From Eledone cirrhosa (taxonomy: Eukaryota), in NCBI GenBank assembly GCA_964016885.1, contig OZ024740.1, positions 236,158,001-236,222,000 of the forward strand: a stretch of 64,000 bases of DNA, read 5' to 3'. The first letter of the stretch is position 1. Each line of letters starts with the position of its first letter. A model generated the notes under the pieces. The model made no database searches, had not been told where the DNA came from, and was given only the letters and a program-made list of their open reading frames with translations. Of the stretch, positions 55,801-64,000 are shown piece after piece. Both the position numbers and the translations under genes were made by a program.

Positions 55801-58800
55801 CTAATTCTACAATTTAACAATTTAACCACTCTATAGCTAACTGGTATATTGCTAATTCTACAATTTAACAATGTAACCATTCTACAGCTAACTGGTATAT
55901 GGCTAATTCTACAATTTAACAATGTAACCACTGCAGCTAAGTGGTATATTGCTAATTCTACAATTTAACAATATAACAACTACAGTTAACTGATATATTG
56001 CTAATTCTACAATTTAATAATTTAACCACACTATAGCTAACTGGTATATTGCTAATTCCACAATTTAACAATGTAACCATTCTACAGCTAACTGGTATAT
56101 GGCTAATTCTACAATTTAACAATGTAACCACTGCAGCTAACTGGTATATTGCTAATTCTACAATTTAACAATTTAACCACTCTACAGCTAACTGGTATAT
56201 TGCTAATTCTACAATTCAACAACGTAACCACTTTACAGTTAACTGGTTTATTGCTAATTCTACAATTTAACAATGTTTTCACTCTACAGTTAACTGGTAT
56301 ATTGCTAAATCTACAATTTAACAATGTAACCACTCTACAGCTAATTGGTATATTGCTAATTCTACAATTTAACAATGTAACCATTCTATAGCTAACCGGT
56401 ATATTGCTAATTCTACAATTTAACAATGTAACCACTCTACAGCTAATTGGTATATTGCTAATTCTACAATTTAACTATTTCACCTCTCTACAGCTACCTT
56501 GTATATTGCTAATTCTACAATTTAACAATGTAACCCCTCTACTGCTAACTGGTATATTGCTAATTCTACAATTTAACCATGTAAACACTCTACAGCGAAA
56601 AAGGTATATAGCTAATCCTACAATTTAACAATGTAACCACTACAGCTAAATGGTATATTGCTAATTCTTACAATTTAACAATGTAACCACTCTATAGCTA
56701 ACTGGTATATTGCTAATTCTAAGATTTAACAATTTAACATCTATAGCTAACCGGTGCATTGCTAATTCTACAATTTGACAATGTAACCACTCTACAGCTA
56801 ACTGGTATTTTGGTAATTCTACAATTTAACAATGTAACCAATCTACAGCTAACTGGTATATTGCTAATTCTACAATTTAATAATGTAACCAACCTACAGA
56901 TAACTGGTATGTTGCTAATCCTACAATTTAACAATGTAACCACTACAGCTAACTGGTATATGGCTAATTCTACAATTTAACAATGTAACCATTCTACAGC
57001 TAACTGGTATATGGCTAATTCTACAATTTAACAATGTAACCACTCTATAGCTAACTGGTATATTGCTAATTCTTCAATTTAACAACGTAACCACTTTACA
57101 GGTAACTGGTTTATTGCTGATTCTACAATTTAACAATATAACCTCTCTATAGCTAACTGGTATATTGCTAATTCTACAATTTAACAATGTAACCACTCCA
57201 TGGCTAACTGGTTTATTGCTAATTCTACAATTTAACAATGTAACCAATCTACAACTAACTGATATATTGCTTATTCTACAATTTATCAACATAACAAAAG
57301 TTAACTGGTATATTGCTAATTCTACAATTTAACGATGTAACCACTCTATAGATAACTGGTATATTGCTAATTCTACAATTTAACATTGTACCCACACTAT
57401 AGCTAACTGGTATATTGCTAATTCTACAATTTAAGAACGTAACAACTCTACAGCTAACTGGTATATTGCTAATTCTACAATTTAAAATTTAACCACTCTA
57501 CAGCTAACTGGTATATTGCTAATTCTATAATTTAACAATGTAACCACTACAGCTAAATGGTATATTGCTAATTCTATAATTTAACAATGTAACTACTACC
57601 GTTAACTGGTATATTGCTGTTTCTAAAATTTAACAATGTAACCACTACAGCTAACTGGTATATTGCTAATTCTACAATTTAAGAACGTAACCACTCTACA
57701 TCTAACTAGTATATTGCTAATTCTACAGTTTAATGATGTAACAACTCTATAGCTAACTGGTATATTGCTAATCGTCTAATTTAACAATGTAACCACTCCA
57801 TAGGTAACTGGTATATTGCTAATTCTACAATTTAACATGTAACCACTCTACAGCTAACTGGTATATTGCTAATTCTATAATTTAACAATGTAACCACTAC
57901 AGCTAAATGGTATATTGCTAATTCTACAATTTAACAATGTAACCACTCCATAGCTATCTGGTTTATTGCTAATTCTACAATTTAACAATGTTATCACTCT
58001 ACAGCTAACTGGTATATAGCTATTTCTACAATTTAACAATGTAACCAATCTACAACTAACTGGTATATTGCTTATTCTACAATTTATCAATATAACGACA
58101 ACAGTTAACTGGTATATTGCTAATTCTTCAATTTAACAATGTAACCCCTCTACTGCTAACTGGTATATTGCTAATTCTACAATTTAACGATGTAACCACT
58201 CTATAGCTAACTGGTATATTGCTAATTCTACAATTTAACAATGTACCCACACTATAGCTAACTGGTATATTGCTAATTCTACAATTTAACAATGTAAACA
58301 ACTCTACAGCTAACTTGTATATTGCTAATTCTACAATTTAACGATGTAACAACTCTATAGCTAACTGGTATATTGCTAATCGTCTAATTTAACAATGTAA
58401 CCACTCCATAGGTAACTGGTATATTGCTAATTTTACAATTTAACAATTTAACCACTCTACAGCTAACTGGTATATTGCTAATTCTACAATTTAACAATGT
58501 AACCAAACAATAGCTAACTGGTATATTGCTAATTCTACAATTTAACAATGTTACCACTCTATAGCCAACTGGTATATTGCTAATTCTACAATTTAACAAT
58601 TTAACCACTACAGCTAACTGGTATATTGCTAATTCTACATTTTAACAACGTAACCACTCCTTAGTTAAATTGTAGAATTAGCAATATACCAGTTAGCTAT
58701 GTAACACTCTACAGCTAACTGGTATATAGCTATTTCTACAATTTAACAATGTAACCACTCTAAAACTAACTGGTATATTGCTTATTCTACAATTTAACAA

Positions 58801-61800
58801 TATAACAACTACAGTTAACTGGTATGTTGCTAATTCTACAATTTAACAATGTACCCACACTATAGCTAACTGGTATATTGCTAATTCTACAATTTAACAA
58901 TGTAACAACTCTACAGCTAACTGGTATATTGCTAATTCTACAATTTAACATGTAACCACTCTACAGCTAAATGGTATAATGCTAATTCTATAATTTAACA
59001 ATGTAACCACTACAGCTAACTGGTATATTGCTAATTCTACAATCTAACAACGTAAACACTCTACAGCTAACTGGTATATTGCTAATTCTCAATTTAACAA
59101 TGTAACCACTCTACAGCTAACTGGTATATTGCTAATTCTCAATTTAACAATGTAACCACTCTATAGCTAACAGGTATATTGCTAATTCTACAACTTAACA
59201 ATTTAACCACTACAGCTAACTGGTATATTGCTAATTCTACAATTTAACCATGTAAACACTCTACAGCTAAAAAGGTATATAGCTAATCCTACAATTTAAC
59301 AATGTAACCACTACAGCTAGATGGTATATTGCTAATTCTTACAATTTAACAATGTAACCACTCTATAGCTAACTGGTATATTGCTAATTCTACAATTTAA
59401 CAATTTAACAACTATAGCTAACGGGTGCATTGCTAATTCTACAATTTGACAATGTAACCATTCTACAGCAAACTGGTATATTGGTAATTCTACAATTTAA
59501 CAATGTAACCAATCTACAGCTAACCGGTATATTGGTAATTCTACAAGTTAACAATGTAACCAATCTACAGATAACTGGTATGTTGCTAATCCTACAATTT
59601 AACAATGTAACCACTACAGCTAACTGGTATATTGCTAATTGTACAATTTAACAATGTAACCACTCTACAGTTAAATTGTAGAGTTAGCAATATACCAGTT
59701 AACAATGTAACCACTCTGCACCTAACTTGTACATTGCTAATTCTACAATTTAACAATGTAATCACTCTACAGCTAACTGGGATATTGCTCATTCTACAAT
59801 TTAACAACGTAACCACTTTACAGCTAACTGGTATATTGCTAATTCTACAATTTAACAATGTAACCACTCTACAGATAACTGGCATATTGCTAATTCTACA
59901 ATTTAACAATGTAACCACTCTACAGCTAATTGGTATATTGCTAATTCTACAATTTAACAATGTATCCTCTCTATAGCTAACTGGTATATTGCTAATTCTA
60001 CAATTTATCAATGTAACCTCTCTACAGCTACCTTGTATATTGCTAATTCTACAATTTAACAATGTAACCCCTCTACTGCTAACTGTTATATTGCTAATTC
60101 TACAATTTAAGAACGTAACAATCTACAGCTAACTGGTATATTGCTAATTCTACAATTTAACGATGTAACCACTCTATAGCTAACTGGTATATTGCTAATC
60201 GTCAAATTTAACAATGTAACCACTCCATAGCTAACTAGTATATTGCTAATTCTACAATTTAACAATGTAACCCCTACAACTAACTGGTGTATTGCCAATT
60301 CTACAATTTAACCATGTAAACACTCTACAGCTAAAAAGGTATATAGCTAATTCTACAATTTAACAATATAACCACTACAGTTAACTGGTATATTGCTAAT
60401 TCTACAAGTTAATAATGTAACCACTCTATAGCTAACTGGTTTATTGCTAATTCTACAATTTAACAATGTTATCACTCTACAGCTAACTGGTATATTGCTA
60501 ATTCTACAATTTAACTTTGTAACCACTACAGCTAAATGGTATATTGCTAATTCTACAATTTAACAATGTAACCACTATAGCTAACGGGTATATTGCTAAT
60601 TCTACTATTTGACAATGTAACCACTCTACAGCTAACTGGTATATTGGTAATTCTACAATTTAACAACGTAACCAATCTACAGCTAACCGGTATATTGGTA
60701 ATTCTACAATTTAACAATGTAACCAATCTACAGATAACTGGTATGTTGCTAATCCTACAATTTAACAATGTAACGACTACAGCTAACTGGTATATTGCTA
60801 ATTGTACAATTTAACAATGTAACCACTCTACAGTTAAATTGTAGAGTTAGCAATATACCAGTTAACAATGTAACCACTCTGCACCTAACTTGTATATTGC
60901 TAATTCTACAATTTAACAATGTAATCACTCTACAGCTAACTGGGATATTGCTAATTCTACAATTTAACAACGTAACCACTTTACAGCTAACTGGTATATT
61001 GCTAATTCTACAATTTAAAAATATAACCCCTCTACTGCTAACTGGTATATTGCTAATTCTACAATTTAACGATGTAACCACTCTATAGCTAACTGGTATA
61101 TTGCTAATCGTCAAATTTAACACTGTAACCACTCCATAGCTAACTAGTATATTGCTAATTCTACAATTTAACAATGTAACCCCTACAACTAACTGGTGTA
61201 TTGCTAATTCTACAATTTAACCATGTAAACACTCTACAGCTAAAAAGGTATATAGCTAATTCTACAATTTAACAATATAACCACTACAGCTAACTGGTAT
61301 ATTGCTAATTCTACAATTTAACAATGTAACTACTCTACTGCTAATTGGTATATTGCTAATTCTACAATTTAACAATGTTATCACTCTACAGCTAACTGGT
61401 ATATTGCTAATTCTACAATTTAACAATGTAACCACTCTACAGCTAACTGGTATATTGCTAATTCTACAATTTAACAATGTAACCACTCTACAGCTAACTG
61501 GTATATTGCTAATTCTACAATTTAACAATGTAACCACTCTACAGCTAACTGGTATATTGCTAATTCTACAATTTAACAATGTAACCACTCTACAGCTAAC
61601 TGGTATATTGCTAATTCTACAACTTAACAATGTAACCAATATAGCTAACGGGTATATTGCTAATTCTACAATTTAACAATGTAACCACCCAACACCTAAA
61701 TTCATCGGAAATATTTCTGATTATCTTGTTTCACAGCAGTTATTTATTGTTAATAAATGGAACCTAACCTGATTAGATGTGCAAGGTATATTATTTTACA

Positions 61801-61820
61801 ACTATTTGAATAATCTACAT

Positions 61821-61984
61821 ATATACACAGATACATAACAGACAGACACAGAGAGAGAGAGACTTCATAATATTTTTTAGGAAACAAAATTAAATAATTA
61901 AATAGACACACAAACAAATATCACCATCATCATCGTCATCACCATAAATGTATGTATGTATGTATGGGTGTGTGTGTGTGTATG
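61821..61984. repeat. Microsatellite cluster: (AC/AG)n, (CAT)n, (TATG)n/(TG)n
   Basis: Read directly from the sequence. Confidence 0.85.
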
Positions 61985-63957
61985 TTCTAGTTTTAAAATT
62001 TTATAAATTTTTTCCCAATAGAGAGAGAGTCTGTTCCTAAGATAGACACAAGACTCTCTCTTTGGAATTTACCCAACATCAACTAGTTAGATATGTATGT
62101 ATGTCTGGATGTGTACAGGTATGAATGGTATTGTATGTGTGGATGTTTTGAGTTGTATGTGTGCATGTGCATATGCTTTGTATCTGCACATGTGTACATG
62201 CAGTTATTAGATGCAGGATGTTTGGAATGCTTTACATATTTTTACTGTTCCATTAATGGATTATACTTGTAATTTCCTAAATAGTTGTGTTCTTTCTGTT
62301 TCTGTGAAGCCCAGCTTCTCAAGATTTGTATTGAGGCAGTTACTAACATACCCCAGTACCCCAATAATTACAGGTATAACTCTGAAGGTATAGTCAGGGT
62401 GGAGTATCTGTAGATTCCTCATTAGTTCTGCATAGATGTTCTCCTTTTTGCTAATCTTTAATATTATATTGGCATCTGGTGGGCAGCTAACTTCTACTAC
62501 TGTGCATTTCTTCTTCTCCCTGTCCCATATCATTATATCTGGTCTGTTATGCCTGCATTTTATTGGGGTTTTGACTGGAATATTCCACCAGTACTCTTTC
62601 ATATTAATTATGTGTATGTCTCCCACATTGATGTAACTTTAATATGTTTATTGTCAGGGCTATCTTTTCTACAGATTGCATTGTACAGTGTTTTGGCTAG
62701 TATATCATACCTCATAGGTAGATAGTACCATGATGACATCTTTGGACAACTGCTTATAACATGGGCGACATCTCCAATGTTAATTCTGCAGAGTATGCCT
62801 TTGTTGCCACATCTAGGTGTTTTGCCTGCATTGCTATCTATTTTGTGAATCAGGTATTATATTGATTTCCTGTTCTTGGATTGCAAAAGCATATCTTTCA
62901 AAGTGGGAGCCAATATAGCAGTTGTTGGTCCAAGATAGACTACTTTGTTTATCTATATTACTCTCACTTTGGAGCTTCCTGGCAACATATCCATGTATGA
63001 TTTTTTGCTGATAAGCATGCAGATTTTAATCCATGGATTCACTGTGGTATTGCTGGGCAATTTCCCTGAGTGTGAAGTTTTGATTATCATGCAAGGAGTA
63101 TCTTTTAAGGAGTTCCTTTCCAATTCTGTCTCATGCAGACAGACTTGTTCGAGAAACGGGCTCCTACGCTTTGAGGTTCATAGATGTTGTCAGAGGTATA
63201 TGATGCAACACTCAAATACTGTCTGGACTGATGTTAGACCTCTGTCTCCCTGCTTATGTTTCAAGTAGAGGCAGTTTATGTCACCATTGATATAGATGTT
63301 TCTGGTGTTGTTTAGTATTTTTCGGGTTTTAACACTTTTCGTTTATCATCCAATCGAGTATTCCAGACGTTGTTGTTAGGACAGCCACTGTTTTATTGTG
63401 CACAGATATTTCAAATGACCATATTTTTTTCTAAATCGGGTGTAATATTTCCTGGTTACGCATTCCTTGTTACAGATACAATAATAGGATATATTCTCAT
63501 CTATTTGTAGGTATCTGTAGCTGTCCTCGTCAGATATCTGTGAAACAGTTAGGCTATTGATAAACATATTGTTAGATTGGCTTATAGTTTTCCCCAGCTT
63601 TACATTCATATGTGAACATTTATCCTTGCCAAACTCCATTCCTATATCCTTTGAGAACGTTGTAACCAGGTTAAGATTTTTCTTCATCCCATTCATGGTC
63701 TTGGCATAGAGTTTCAGGTCATCTACAAAGAAATTATGAGTTAGGTTCATATTTCTGTTCTCCTGTGAGCCAATTATGTATCCTTCACATTTCTTGAGCA
63801 GAAAGGACAAGGTGTTTAATGACAGAATAAATAGTCGCACAGAGAGACTGTCTCCCTGAAATATACCCCTGTAAATATTCTATTTTATTAGGGAAAATAG
63901 AGTCCTCCTCTGTTTTTAACTATAGGATAGTAAACCAAGAAGTTAGGTTCTTTATGA
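61985..63957 (-). mobile_element. 5'-truncated R4/Dong-like non-LTR retrotransposon with restriction-like endonuclease (RLE), decayed
   Basis: Minus strand: RT motifs YRGIFQGDSL..LFILSLN and HNFFVDDLKLYA, DIGMEFGKDKC; then FAIQEQEI; a degenerate CCHC knuckle (KGILCRINIGDVAHVISSCP..YLPMRYD); RLE HNRPDIMIWD..VEVSCP..K..Y..IPVIIGVLG; then a ~220-bp 3' UTR. Confidence 0.88.
62207..63950 (-). pseudogene. Disrupted RT / zinc knuckle / RLE ORF of the R4-like element
   Basis: ORF-track fragments 63376-63840 (RT) and 62261-62626 (RLE). Reading through the stop at 62261 continues as SINGTVKICKAFQTSCI to a stop at 62207. Confidence 0.87.
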
Positions 63958-64000
63958 TGTATGCATGTATGTGTGTGTGTATGTATGTATGTATGTAAGT
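63953..64000. repeat. (TATG)n/(TG)n microsatellite
   Basis: Read directly from the sequence. Confidence 0.9.

Larger units (their letters stand above)
11000..61688. repeat. Satellite DNA array, 51-bp monomer with a common 49-bp variant, ~50.7 kb, about 1000 copies
   Basis: Consensus GGTATATTGCTAATTCTACAATTTAACAATGTAACCACTCTA(C/T)AGCTAACT repeated head to tail. The 49-mer lacks one CT in CACTCTA. Both array ends lie in the window. Copy number is estimated from length divided by period. Confidence 0.99.

Noticed and set aside
11296-61676. More than 100 ORFs encoding (VVTLLNCRISNIPVSCR)n or (LQLTGILLILQFNNVTT)n, up to 341 aa
   Set aside because: 51 bp is exactly 17 codons and the consensus has a stop-free frame on each strand. 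The ORFs break at 49-mers and other frameshifting indels, which are abundant, so there is no sign of frame preservation.
11000-61688. CRISPR-like or other repeat-spacer array
   Set aside because: There are no unique spacers; the variable part is only point and indel variation of one consensus. There are no cas genes and the context is eukaryotic.

Overview
This is animal nuclear DNA made almost entirely of repeats, with no intact protein-coding or RNA gene that I can support. The SINE/LINE complement looks like that of octopus/cephalopod genomes, but that is recall, not a search result. In order, the window holds: (1) 1-4417, a modular ~500-bp tandem repeat that runs off the left edge; (2) 4418-8098, a near full-length, decayed RTE-clade LINE (APE endonuclease, RT, an embedded PHD-like finger, (GAT)n tail); (3) 8100-11000, AT-rich DNA with tRNA-derived SINEs, microsatellites and a TTAA-flanked piggyBac-like MITE; (4) 11000-61688, one ~50.7-kb satellite of a 51/49-bp monomer (roughly 1000 copies); (5) ~61985-63957, a 5'-truncated, decayed R4/Dong-like RLE retrotransposon on the minus strand, with (TG/TATG)n microsatellite on both sides. 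Within the satellite, a second MITE copy interrupts the first monomer. The array also shows 7-8-bp internal subunits, microhomology deletions, nested 0.1-3.8-kb duplications and two lineages of small inversions. Most ORFs in the track are read-through artefacts of the repeats. I find no new protein-based system here; what is worth following up is the structure and history of the satellite.
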